Source of the DNA: Acidobacteriota bacterium
Lineage (GTDB): Bacteria > Acidobacteriota > UBA6911 > RPQK01 > JAJDTT01
Assembly: GCA_965217775.1 (NCBI GenBank)
Contig: CBDCJH010000002.1
Location: 2,016,001 to 2,080,000, forward strand
Direction: 5' to 3'
DNA: 64,000 nt
In this document: piece after piece, positions 9,622 to 19,071 of the stretch
How positions within the stretch are numbered: the stretch's first letter is position 1
Layout: each line of letters starts with the position of its first letter
The notes under the pieces: generated by a model
What the model was told of the DNA's origin: nothing
The model's input: only the letters and a program-made list of their open reading frames with translations
Databases searched by the model: none
Program-made: the position numbers and the translations under genes

Positions 9622-10230
9622 TCATGCACCATCCTTGGAGTCGACGATGGTCAGCTCCTGGCGGCGGATGACCCGTTGGCCGCTGATCCGATCGTCCAAG
9701 TGGATGACGATACGATAAGGTCCTGGGGAAAGATCCCCCAGATCGATCTCGCGAAACAGCGCCAGCCGGTCTCCCAGGGCGATGACCTTGGGAGCATCTC
9801 GCAGGACCACTCGGCCCTCACGGGCCAGCACCAGCTCCGCCAACAGGAAGGGTTGGCTGGATGCCTGGTCCACGGCGACTTCATACGCCTCCATGTAGAG
9901 AATACATCGATCCCGGTTGGTGAACCGGCGGGTCAGTTTGGGGAAGACCTTGAAACCACTGGGCACGACGAAGGGATCGGTGAGGTCCACGCCGGGGTCG
10001 GAGGAGAGGATCTTGTCGGCCAGCAGCATGGTGCTCGTAGCCAGTCCCTTTTCTTCGAACGGGCCGACCCGGATCGGCCGGGCCGAGACGGACATCTTGC
10101 CGCTGTTCTCGTCCTGTACCACCAAGGTCAGCTTGTAGGTTCCCGGTTTCAGAGGGATGGCCTTCTGATAGGTGGCCACACCGGCGACTCCCTCGGGCAC
10201 CGGACCTGGAAGCTGGTCGGCGTGGAGCAT
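9622..10230 (-). pseudogene. C-terminal fragment resembling GWxTD-domain proteins
   Basis: YQKAIPLKPGTYKLTLVVQDENSGK, LATSTMLLAD; the frame closes shortly upstream, next to a MITE. Confidence 0.5.
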
Positions 10231-10358
10231 GTCCTCGAACTCGTAGACACCGCGGCATCCGACCGGAGCGCATTACCGGTCTCGGCGCTTCGCTGGACTT
10301 TCGGGAAAGATGGTTGCGGGTATTCTATCACTCCGCCGGGAGTTCTGACTTCCTCCCG

Positions 10359-10526
10359 CCTGGGAGTCTGCGCGGTAGAAATGATCGTAGCGAGAAAGTG
10401 GGGAATCGAGGCCAGATTTTCTCGATTTGGAGGTGCATAGTTGTTCTATTCGCCGAGAAATCGGGGAAATATGGACCGATTCTACCGCTTTCGCAGTAGA
10501 TCAATTTCTGCCGCGCAGGCTCCTGG
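10359..10526 (+). mobile_element. MITE copy 1 (about 168 bp, imperfect TIRs)
   Basis: Ends GGAGTCTGCGCGGTAGAAATGATC and GATCAATTTCTGCCGCGCAGGCTCC; near-identical inverted copy at 12701-12869. Confidence 0.8.
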
Positions 10527-10540
10527 TCCGGGGCCGGCTC

Positions 10541-11452
10541 TCAGGTTCCTGGAACGTATCGCTGCAGGGCCCGGGTCGACAGGAAACCGAGAAGGGCGAT
10601 AGCGGGTCCGCCGAGCCCCGGAGAGACGGCGGCGATGAGGACCCCGTCCAACAGGGAGATTCCGGCGATGAGGCCGGTGACGGCGCGAGGAACGTTTCTG
10701 CGCCGCGCCGAGAGAAAGGACGCGGACCACAGCGTCCAGACCAGAAACCAGGGTATCAACAGAAACAACGCCGGGTGGGACGCGTCCCAGATGACCCGGT
10801 GCAGCCCGAATACCAGCGGGGCGAGGAGCAGGAGCGCGGGCCAGACGGCCTTCACCCGATTGAGATCCTCCTGGGCGGCCAGGAAGGTCAACCCGGCGAC
10901 GTAGCTCACCAGCACCAGCGCACCGGTCCAGACTTGGAGGGAGAGGGACCCGGCCATCATGGAAGCGGCGATCAGGTAGATCAGTCCGCGGCAGAGCGCC
11001 ATCGCCACCGGGCCGAGGGGATCGGTCTTGTGCCGGTAGTTGTAGTAGACGATCACGGCGCCCAGAACCACCCCTGCGCCCAGCGACTCCGGACGCGGAC
11101 CGGACTGCTGCACCGAGGCCGCGTAGAGCCCCGATTGGCCCAGAGCCAGGAATCCGAAGCCCAGGGCGTAGACCTCGAACCGGCCGATCTCGCCGGATGG
11201 AATGGGGCGGCTCGGACGGGACCTCTCGTCGTGCCGGTGGTCGAAGGCATCGTTGAGGAACATGCCCCCGGTGTAGAAGCAGGAGAGTGCGGCTGCCAGG
11301 AGCAGCAAGGTGGGCAGCTCCGGAGTCGCGCCGGAGAGAGCGGCTCCGGCCAGGCAGTTGGTCCAGACGGTGGGCAGATTGGACACGCGCCCCAGGTCCA
11401 GGTAGACGCGCCAGCGGGGCCTGCGTCCAGGCAACGGCGTTGGCGCGCTCAT
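10541..11452 (-). CDS. eboC: UbiA-family prenyltransferase (EboC-like)
   Basis: RVSNLPTVWTN, GMFLNDAFD, RPSRPIPSG; coupled to eboE. Confidence 0.8.
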   Translation of the reverse strand: MSAPTPLPGRRPRWRVYLDLGRVSNLPTVWTNCLAGAALSGATPELPTLLLLAAALSCFYTGGMFLNDAFDHRHDERSRPSRPIPSGEIGRFEVYALGFGFLALGQSGLYAASVQQSGPRPESLGAGVVLGAVIVYYNYRHKTDPLGPVAMALCRGLIYLIAASMMAGSLSLQVWTGALVLVSYVAGLTFLAAQEDLNRVKAVWPALLLLAPLVFGLHRVIWDASHPALFLLIPWFLVWTLWSASFLSARRRNVPRAVTGLIAGISLLDGVLIAAVSPGLGGPAIALLGFLSTRALQRYVPGT

Positions 11453-12678
11453 TGCAGGAGCCGGTCCCGCGCCCAGGCCAGCTCGCGGGCGATGGCGTCA
11501 GTCGTATCCAGGGTCTTGTAACGCGGGGGGAGAACGTCCCAGGTATAGGTCTCCACCTCCAGATAGGGACATGCGGGTTTCGATTTCAGGCGGACCAGCA
11601 GCGCCGCCAGGTCATCCTGAGTGGTGTCGAAGCCGCTCATGCGGGAGAGGAAGACGGGAACGTGGAAATGGACTCTCCATTCCTTCCGGATGCCGGGCGA
11701 TCCGGCGCCTTCTCCCTGGAAATCCGTCTCCCGGTCCAGCGCCTGCGGCAGGTCCTGATAGCGGACGACTCCCCGCTCCGACGTCTCCACCACCTGGTGC
11801 AGGTAGGTCTCCTCGGCGAAAGGCCGCAACCTCCGTTCGGGGCTGCCGTCCCCCTCCCGGAACCGGAGGCGCAGAGCCGAACTGACTTGAACCTTCAGAA
11901 TTCGGATCGCCGCGGCTTCCAGTCGATCCAGCACCTCCGCCGGTTCCTCGAATTCCACGGCCACGTGACAGGCGTCAACGCAGATTCCCAGGTGCCTCCG
12001 AGCGACGCGCTCCGCTTGGCCCCGGGTCAGGCCCAGCTCCCGGACCAGGGTCCCGAGTCCTTCCTCCGAGAAGACATGGCCTTCGAAATAGGCCACCACG
12101 TCGTCCGTCGTTTCCAGGAAGCAGCAGGGCTCGGGCTCCAGCGCCAGGGTAATGGTTTTTCCCGTCTGGTCCCGAAGCCGGTGGAGGTAAGCGACGCTGC
12201 GGAGCATCATCTCGGCCATCCGGCGAACGTCGCCAGAGGAACCGATCTCCGTCCGAAAAGCTCCCGGAACCGTGCTGATGCTCCCTTCCATGGCCGTATC
12301 GGCGGGCAGCAGGCGAGCCAGAATCCCGGCCAACCGGTTCGTGTATTTCAAGCGGACCCGATCTCTCCAGTCCGGGAGATAGACGTTCTCCTTGACCCGG
12401 GCGCGGTGGAAGACACCGTAGGGAAATCCGTTGATGGTGAAGACGTAGGCCCCTTCCGTTGTCAGGAACTCCCGAAGCGCATCCAGATTTTCGGGACGAG
12501 CCAGGGCGTCGGCGGCCTGGCCCGAAAGACGCAGCCCGATGGCGAAGGGTTGGTCCGGACAAAGCTGGTCTCGAACCGCGCCCGGATAGGTTATGAGATT
12601 CTCCCAGACCTCGGGCCAGGTCTCGCCGGGATGGATGTTCAAGCAGTAGGTCAGATGGAATCCCGGGACCAGTTGCAT
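11449..12678 (-). CDS. eboE: Metabolite traffic protein EboE (TIM barrel)
   Basis: HLTYCLNIHPGE, TINGFPYGVFH, VKENVYLPDW, EWRVHFHVP, LEVETYTW. Confidence 0.88.
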   Translation of the reverse strand: MQLVPGFHLTYCLNIHPGETWPEVWENLITYPGAVRDQLCPDQPFAIGLRLSGQAADALARPENLDALREFLTTEGAYVFTINGFPYGVFHRARVKENVYLPDWRDRVRLKYTNRLAGILARLLPADTAMEGSISTVPGAFRTEIGSSGDVRRMAEMMLRSVAYLHRLRDQTGKTITLALEPEPCCFLETTDDVVAYFEGHVFSEEGLGTLVRELGLTRGQAERVARRHLGICVDACHVAVEFEEPAEVLDRLEAAAIRILKVQVSSALRLRFREGDGSPERRLRPFAEETYLHQVVETSERGVVRYQDLPQALDRETDFQGEGAGSPGIRKEWRVHFHVPVFLSRMSGFDTTQDDLAALLVRLKSKPACPYLEVETYTWDVLPPRYKTLDTTDAIARELAWARDRLLQ

Positions 12679-12700
12679 CGTGCCTCAGCGCGTCACCCGA

Positions 12701-12869
12701 CCTGGGAGCCTGCGCGGCAGAAATTGATCTACTGCGAAAGCGGTAGAATCGGTCCATATTTCCCCGATTTCTCGGCGAATAGAACGACTATGCACCTCCA
12801 AATCGAGAAAATCTGGCCTCGATTCCCCGCTTTCTCGCTACGATCATTCCTGCCGCGCAGACTCCCAGG
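12701..12869 (-). mobile_element. MITE copy 2 (inverted relative to copy 1); overlaps the 3' end of the eboD-like gene
   Basis: Reverse complement of 10359-10526 with few substitutions. Confidence 0.8.
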
Positions 12870-14097
12870 GAAGTTCGGTCTCGGCCACACCGGCGCCGAC
12901 CCTTCCGAACGAGTGCCGAAGCCATTCCATGGAATCGAGCAGGAGCCGGTCGTCCATTTCCGTCACCTCGAAACTGTCGCCGATGTCTCGAATCAGGCTG
13001 ATGTGGAGTTTTCCGCCCAGATGTTCCCGAAACTCGGTCAGTCCCTCCAGAACCACCCTCTGCCCGCTCCGAGTCGTGGAGAGGGCCTCATCCCAGACCG
13101 GCAGGCCCAGGTTTCGGAGCAGGGAAAGGACTCGATTCAGGACCCTCCGCTTCAGGAAACCGGCCCGGACCGAGTAGACCAGATCCAGGGCCATTCCGAT
13201 GGCGACCGCTTCTCCATGCCGGAGCCGGCTCCGGGTCATGGACTCCAGCTTGTGGGCGGACCAGTGGCCGAAATCCAGTGGCCGCGCGCTGCCGAACTCG
13301 AAGGGATCTCCGGAACTGCGAATGTGTTCCAGGTGGAGTTCCGCGGAGCGCCGAATCTGGTAGTGGAGTGGCTCCGCCACGCCTCGGGAGAGTTCCGAGA
13401 CGTTCTTCTCCAGATACTCGAAAAAGGGACGGTCCCGGATCAGGGCCACCTTGACGGCCTCGGCGATGCCGGCGATCTGGTCCCGATGCTCCAGGGTCTC
13501 GATCAGGGAACGGTCGTTGACGACCGCGAAGGGCGGGCTGAAGGCGCCCAGAAAGTTCTTCTTCCCGAACAGATTGACCCCGTTCTTGACCCCCACTCCG
13601 GAATCGCTCTGGGCGAGGACGGTGCTGGGGATCCGGATGACGCGGACCCCCCGGTGGCAGATGGAGGCCGCAAATCCCGCGGCATCCAGGACCGCACCCC
13701 CTCCCACGATCACCATGAAGGATTGACGGTCCAGGCCCAGCCGGTTCATCGTCTCCACCAGGGTCAGGACATGGCGGAGGTCCGCCTTGACGGCCTCGCC
13801 GCCGACCACCTCCACGGGCTCGCAGACCAGTTCCAGTCCCTGCTGCCGAGCATCGGCGTAGGCTGTGATTTGTGTGCGCAACCGGGGCTGAGCACGAGAG
13901 ACATTCTCGTCGATCACGAAGAAGAGACGGTGGCGCCGGTCCGATTCGAGACGGTTCACCACCCGCGAGAAGACCGGATTCAGCGGATCGAAGACACCCT
14001 CCGTGAAGATCACCGGGTAGTCATAGTCGAGGGTGAATCTCTGGTTGACGATCTCCATGTCGTGAGCGCCAGGAGCGGAAGGATTGGGGGGCGACAT
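12844..14097 (-). CDS. 3-dehydroquinate synthase-like sugar-phosphate cyclase (EboD-like); alternative start at 14058
   Basis: GGGAVLDAAG, DSGVGVKNGVN, SARPLDFGHWSAHKLE, LRHGEAVAIG; upstream of eboE. Confidence 0.85.
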   Translation of the reverse strand: MSPPNPSAPGAHDMEIVNQRFTLDYDYPVIFTEGVFDPLNPVFSRVVNRLESDRRHRLFFVIDENVSRAQPRLRTQITAYADARQQGLELVCEPVEVVGGEAVKADLRHVLTLVETMNRLGLDRQSFMVIVGGGAVLDAAGFAASICHRGVRVIRIPSTVLAQSDSGVGVKNGVNLFGKKNFLGAFSPPFAVVNDRSLIETLEHRDQIAGIAEAVKVALIRDRPFFEYLEKNVSELSRGVAEPLHYQIRRSAELHLEHIRSSGDPFEFGSARPLDFGHWSAHKLESMTRSRLRHGEAVAIGMALDLVYSVRAGFLKRRVLNRVLSLLRNLGLPVWDEALSTTRSGQRVVLEGLTEFREHLGGKLHISLIRDIGDSFEVTEMDDRLLLDSMEWLRHSFGRVGAGVAETELPWESARQE

Positions 14098-14322
14098 CGC
14101 TCAACACAGTGCCGGTAAAGAACTTGTAGTCTACCACAGGGCTGGAGACGCAAAAGTCCCACCAATTTCAGACCTCGTGAGAAACCTGGAGGGGTGACTT
14201 CCAGTCGCCTGTTCCTCCGTTCCCGCGTGCTCATTCCCCCATGCTCTGTCCGGATTTCGGCGGTTGGAAACCGCCGCTCCCTGGAGCTATCGCGCCGGAA
14301 GAGGCACAGGTAGAATGAACCG

Positions 14323-14736
14323 ATGCGGTCATCTCGTTCGAGCCTCCGGTTCTTCCCTGCTCTGGGCGCGATTTTCGGTCTCGTGAGCGTGGCGGCGGGC
14401 GCCTTCGGGTCCCATGTCCTGGAAGCGAAGCTTTCCGGCGACAGGTTGGAGATCTTCGAATTGGCCACCCGCTACCTCATGGTTCACGCTCTGGCCCTAC
14501 TCCTGCTGGGCGCCCTGTCCGGCCGCCTGGAACCGAGGTGCGGAGTCCTGGCCGGATGGGGGTTCTGCGCCGGAGCGATCCTCTTCTCGGGAACGCTCTA
14601 CGCCTACAGCCTGACCGCCGCGCTCGGCTGGGTGATGCTGACTCCCGTAGGGGGGACGCTTCTGCTGGCCGGGTGGGCGTGTCTGCTCTGGGCCTGTTGG
14701 CCTCGGAGCCGCGGTTCGGAATCGGACAGGAATTGA
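14323..14736 (+). CDS. DUF423/YgdD membrane protein
   Basis: GAFGSH, ATRYLMVHAL, LFSGTLY, TPVGG. Confidence 0.85.
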   Translation: MRSSRSSLRFFPALGAIFGLVSVAAGAFGSHVLEAKLSGDRLEIFELATRYLMVHALALLLLGALSGRLEPRCGVLAGWGFCAGAILFSGTLYAYSLTAALGWVMLTPVGGTLLLAGWACLLWACWPRSRGSESDRN

Positions 14737-15455
14737 TGGCGCCGGGAAAACTCAGGCCGCAGGTCTCGGTGATCATCCCCGCTCTCGATGAAGAGACCGG
14801 GATCGCAAGGTCCATTGCCAGTGCGGTCCAAGAGCCGTACGTCGAGGTCATCGTCGTCGACGGGGGCAGCCGGGATGAAACGGTCCGGGTGGCCCGCCGG
14901 CAAGGCGCCAAGACGCTGTCGGTCCCTGCAGGGCGAGCCCGCCAGATGAACGCGGGAGCCCGGGCATCCAGCGGCGAATATCTGGTCTTCCTGCATGCGG
15001 ACACGATCCTTCCTTCGAACTATGCCGGCCTGGTTCGACGCCTGCTGGCATCTCCCGACGTGGTGGCGGGAGCCTTTCGGCTGGGTATCGAGGGTCGGCG
15101 GCGAAGTCTCCGCTGGGTCGAGACGGGAGCCAACTGGAGATCCCGGTGGCTCCAACTCCCTTACGGAGACCAGGCCCTCTTCGTGCGGTCCCGACTCTTT
15201 TCCGATTTGGGAGGCTATGCGGATCTTCCCATCATGGAGGATTACGACCTGGTTCAGAGGCTGCGCCGAAGAGGCCGCGTCATATTGGCCCCGGAAGCCG
15301 TCGTCACCTCGGCGAGGCGTTGGGAACGCCTGGGCGTGGTGAGAACGACGCTGTTCAATCAGGTCATGGTGACGGGCCATCTCCTGGGCGTGTCCCCTCG
15401 GAAGATGGCCCGGATCTACCGGCGCACGGCGGCGTTCCCGCCGCTGCCCAAATGA
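14736..15455 (+). CDS. GT2 glycosyltransferase (TIGR04283-like)
   Basis: SVIIPALDEE, VDGGSRD, GRARQMNAGA, FLHADT, YGDQALF, TSARRW; TGATG coupling. Confidence 0.85.
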   Translation: MAPGKLRPQVSVIIPALDEETGIARSIASAVQEPYVEVIVVDGGSRDETVRVARRQGAKTLSVPAGRARQMNAGARASSGEYLVFLHADTILPSNYAGLVRRLLASPDVVAGAFRLGIEGRRRSLRWVETGANWRSRWLQLPYGDQALFVRSRLFSDLGGYADLPIMEDYDLVQRLRRRGRVILAPEAVVTSARRWERLGVVRTTLFNQVMVTGHLLGVSPRKMARIYRRTAAFPPLPK

Positions 15456-15475
15456 TGATTCGTCAAAAACGCGGG

Positions 15476-16360
15476 CTAAAGACCCGCCAGTTGCTCCAGA
15501 ACCTTGACCAGAGCCTGCGTCCCTTCCAGGCCCTCTCCCCGGGCCTGAGAGGTGCGAAACAACTGGTTCACCAGAGAGGTCGCCGGAAGCGCGGCCTGGG
15601 CAGCAGCGCCACTCTCCATCACCAGGCGGAGATCCTTCTGGATGAGATCGACCATGAACCCCGGGGCGAAGTCGCGATTCACGACTCGGGGAGCCAGGTT
15701 GCTCAACTGCCAGCTACCCGCCGCCCCTCCCTTGACGGCTTCGATCATCACCCGCTGGTCCAAGCCGTTCTTCCCGGCGAAGATCAGAGCTTCGCTGACC
15801 CCCATGAGGGTGACCGCCACCAGAATCTGGTTGCACAACTTGGTCAACTGGCCACTCCCCACGGGCCCACAATAGGTAATGGTCTTGCCCATGGTCTCGA
15901 ATATGGGCACCGCCCGATCAAAGGCCTCGCGGTCCCCGCCGGCCATGATGGCCAAGGTGGCATTCTGTGCCCCCACGTCGCCTCCCGACACGGGCGCATC
16001 CACCAGAGCGCATCCCTTTTCCTGGAGTTGCCGGTCCAGATCGCGCTCCACCTGGGGCGAGATGGTGCTCATGTCCATCACCACCGAGCCCGGTCGAATC
16101 CCGTCCAGAACGCCCTCCGGCCCGGCGACCACCTCTTGGACGTCCGGGGAGTCGGAGACCATGGTGATGATCATCCGGGAATTCGCGGCCACCTCTCGAG
16201 GAGAAGCAGCCACGTCGGCCCCTTCCGCTTCCAGTGACCGGGTCTTGGACCGGGTGCGGTTGTAGACCGTGACGGGATACCCGGCCTTCAAGATGTGTCC
16301 GGCCATGGGGAGCCCCATGATGCCGAGCCCGATGAAACCGACGGATGGCTTGTTCGCCAT
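15476..16360 (-). CDS. 3-hydroxyisobutyrate dehydrogenase / tartronate-semialdehyde reductase family
   Basis: GFIGLGIMG, DAPVSGG, GSGQLTKLCNQ. Confidence 0.88.
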   Translation of the reverse strand: MANKPSVGFIGLGIMGLPMAGHILKAGYPVTVYNRTRSKTRSLEAEGADVAASPREVAANSRMIITMVSDSPDVQEVVAGPEGVLDGIRPGSVVMDMSTISPQVERDLDRQLQEKGCALVDAPVSGGDVGAQNATLAIMAGGDREAFDRAVPIFETMGKTITYCGPVGSGQLTKLCNQILVAVTLMGVSEALIFAGKNGLDQRVMIEAVKGGAAGSWQLSNLAPRVVNRDFAPGFMVDLIQKDLRLVMESGAAAQAALPATSLVNQLFRTSQARGEGLEGTQALVKVLEQLAGL

Positions 16361-16453
16361 AGGATCCTCCTTTATTGGATTTTGACACGAGCGACCGGCG
16401 CGGCTGGCACGCGGACCGCGATTCAACATAAAATCATCTCCGGGAGAGAAACA

Positions 16454-18187
16454 ATGAGCAAGAGAAAAACGTGGATTCTTTCGGTCGTACTGATCATTTT
16501 CTTCGCCGGAGCGGCCATCATCTCACTGGGCCTCTATTTCGCCCTCCGTGGCTCCGTGCCCAAAGTCGAGAACGATTCGGTCGTGGAGATCGTGATTTCG
16601 GACCAGATCCGGGAATTTCCTCCAAATAATCCATTCCTTCAGATTCTTTCTCCGCAAGGGACCAGCCTCTGGCAACTGCGAAAGATTTTTCGCCGGGCGG
16701 CGGAAGACGAACGCATCAAGGCCGTGCTCCTGGAGATCCATCCCATGGCGTGGAGCTGGGCCCAGATCGAGGAACTTCGGGACCAGATCACAGTCTTCCG
16801 TGAATCGGGAAAACCGGTTCACGCGCTGCTGGCCGTGGACCTGGTCCGGGAACCGGAGTTGTACCTGGCGTCGGCCACGGACAGCGTGACCCTGAATCCG
16901 GATGCCGGCTTCCTGGTCAACGGCCTGTTGGTGGAGCAGACCTTCTTCAAGGGGACCATGGAGAAGCTGGGGATCCGCCCTGAATTCATCCAGTTCAAGG
17001 AATACAAGAGCGCCGAATCCTACAGCCGGGACAGCCTGAGTCCGGCGGTCCGAGAGATGCTGGAGACGATTGTCGTGGACCTGGAAGAGAGGTTCGTCGC
17101 CTCGGTGTCCGAGGACAGAAACTTGGAAGAAAGCGTCCTGGAGGAGTTCATGAAGCTGGGAGTGGCTTCTGCGGAGCAGGGCCTGGAACTGGGCCTCGTC
17201 GATCAAACGGGATACCGCCACCAAGTGGAAGAACTGTTGGCGGGCGATGGCGAGGACAGCAAGTACCGGTCGATTTCCGGCGCCAAATTCCTGAAGGCCG
17301 CGCGCAATGGTTCCTCGGCTCCGGCTGAGCACCGGGCCGCCGTCCTGGCCGGTGTCGGGTCCATCGTGGCCGGGAAGGGTGATCCCATGATGGAGGTCCT
17401 GGGCGGCGTCAGCCTCGCCCGCCAGCTTCGGAAGTTGCGGCAAAACGACCGGATCGAAGGGGTCATTCTGAGAGTCAACAGCCCGGGAGGATCGGCGGTG
17501 GGCTCGGACATGGTCTGGGAGGAGGTGCGGAAGCTCGAGCAGGAAGGCAAGCCCGTGGTCGTCTCCATGTCGGGCGTGGCCGGTTCGGGCGGGTACTACA
17601 TCTCCATGGGGGCGGGTCACCTCGTCTCCCAGCCTTCGACCATCACCGGTTCCATCGGGGTGATCTTCGGCAAGTTCGATTTGAGCAACCTGTATCGGTG
17701 GATGGGAATCAGCGTCGATCAGGTCAAGAGCTACCCTCACGCCGATATCTTTTCGTTGAGCCGACCCCTGGGGGCCGAACAGAGAAAGCGGGTGGAGGCC
17801 TGGACAGCCGACCTGTACCGGAAGTTCGTGACCAAGGCGGCAGACTCGAGACGGATGGAATTTCAGGACTTGGAAGAAAAGGCCCGAGGGCGCATCTACA
17901 CCGGCGCCCAGGCCAAAGCTCTGGGACTGGTCGATTCTCTGGGTGGGTTCGACGTGGCCATCCGGGAGCTGAAGCGGGCCATGTCCCTGGATGAGGACAC
18001 CCCTCTGGACCTGCACCTGCATCCGCATCCCAAGAGCTGGTGGGAAGCGGCCTTCAGCGGGGATCTCGTGTCCGTGATCCGCTCTTTCACAACGGCCTCT
18101 CCGCTGAACCGGTGGACCGCGAATCTGGTCAGACACCTCGAATCGCCCGGTCCCTGGCTGCTTGCTCCCGAACTCCGGTTCCGCTAG
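16454..18187 (+). CDS. sppA: Signal peptide peptidase SppA (long form)
   Basis: N-terminal TM, EYKSAE, RVNSPGGS, AGSGGYY, TGSIGV. Confidence 0.9.
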   Translation: MSKRKTWILSVVLIIFFAGAAIISLGLYFALRGSVPKVENDSVVEIVISDQIREFPPNNPFLQILSPQGTSLWQLRKIFRRAAEDERIKAVLLEIHPMAWSWAQIEELRDQITVFRESGKPVHALLAVDLVREPELYLASATDSVTLNPDAGFLVNGLLVEQTFFKGTMEKLGIRPEFIQFKEYKSAESYSRDSLSPAVREMLETIVVDLEERFVASVSEDRNLEESVLEEFMKLGVASAEQGLELGLVDQTGYRHQVEELLAGDGEDSKYRSISGAKFLKAARNGSSAPAEHRAAVLAGVGSIVAGKGDPMMEVLGGVSLARQLRKLRQNDRIEGVILRVNSPGGSAVGSDMVWEEVRKLEQEGKPVVVSMSGVAGSGGYYISMGAGHLVSQPSTITGSIGVIFGKFDLSNLYRWMGISVDQVKSYPHADIFSLSRPLGAEQRKRVEAWTADLYRKFVTKAADSRRMEFQDLEEKARGRIYTGAQAKALGLVDSLGGFDVAIRELKRAMSLDEDTPLDLHLHPHPKSWWEAAFSGDLVSVIRSFTTASPLNRWTANLVRHLESPGPWLLAPELRFR

Positions 18188-18219
18188 AGTCGGAAGTCCG
18201 CCCGGGAAGGAGTTCTTCC

Positions 18220-19071
18220 ATGCCGAAGCACGTCAAAGCATTGAGAGTGCCTGACTTGCAAGAGAAGAAGCACCGTGGCGAGAAGATCTCCGCACTCACC
18301 GCCTATGACGCCACCATGGCCGCCCTGATGGACCGGGCCGGCATCGACGTTCTGTTGGTGGGTGACTCTTTGGGCACCGTGATCCTGGGATGCGACACGA
18401 CGCTGCCGGTCACCCTGGACATGATGGTGCACCACAGCCGGGCCGTCACCCGGGGAGCGCGACGCGCGCTGGTGGTTGCCGACATGCCCTTTGCCACGTA
18501 TCAGGTCTCCGTTTCCGAGGCGCTTCGCAATGCCGGACGTCTCATGCAGGAAGGCGGAGTCTCCGCGGTCAAGGTGGAAGGGGCCGGGCCGGTCCTGAAA
18601 TCCGCCCGGCACCTGGCGGAGGTGGGAATTCCAGTGATGGGGCACCTGGGCCTGACGCCGCAAAAGGTCCACGCCTTGGGAGGCCACCGGCAGCAGGCGC
18701 GGAGCCGGGAGAGCGTGGCTCGGCTGTTGGACGACGCCGCTGCCCTTGAGGACGCCGGAGTCTTCGCCCTGGTCCTGGAGTGCATTCCGGACCAAGTCGC
18801 TTTCGAAGTGACGTCGCAGCTTCGGATACCCACCATCGGCATCGGAGCCGGACCCTATTGCGACGGTCAGATCCTGGTCAGCTACGACGCCTTCGGCCTC
18901 TTCGACTCCTTCGTCCCTTCCTTCGTCAAACGCTACGCCTCCCTGGGCAGCACCATCCTGGATGCCACCGAAAACTACATCGACGACGTTCGAAGCGGAC
19001 GTTTCCCCGCTTCCAGAACGACAGACTTTTTCCGTTCCAGCGAGCCGGAGCTGGTCAAAGAGAGATCCTGA
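18220..19071 (+). CDS. panB: 3-methyl-2-oxobutanoate hydroxymethyltransferase
   Basis: LTAYDA, LVGDSLG, ADMPF, GHLGLTPQ, IGIGAG. Confidence 0.95.
   Translation: MPKHVKALRVPDLQEKKHRGEKISALTAYDATMAALMDRAGIDVLLVGDSLGTVILGCDTTLPVTLDMMVHHSRAVTRGARRALVVADMPFATYQVSVSEALRNAGRLMQEGGVSAVKVEGAGPVLKSARHLAEVGIPVMGHLGLTPQKVHALGGHRQQARSRESVARLLDDAAALEDAGVFALVLECIPDQVAFEVTSQLRIPTIGIGAGPYCDGQILVSYDAFGLFDSFVPSFVKRYASLGSTILDATENYIDDVRSGRFPASRTTDFFRSSEPELVKERS

Noticed and set aside
11287-14118. 943-aa plus-strand ORF and other long antisense ORFs (for example 8890-10440, 38844-40583, 48970-50793)
   Set aside because: These are shadows of real genes on the opposite strand, typical of high-GC DNA, and show no recognisable motifs.
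14736-15455. Arsenosugar biosynthesis cluster
   Set aside because: Only the glycosyltransferase is present; there is no ArsS radical SAM, ArsM or partner glycosyltransferase.
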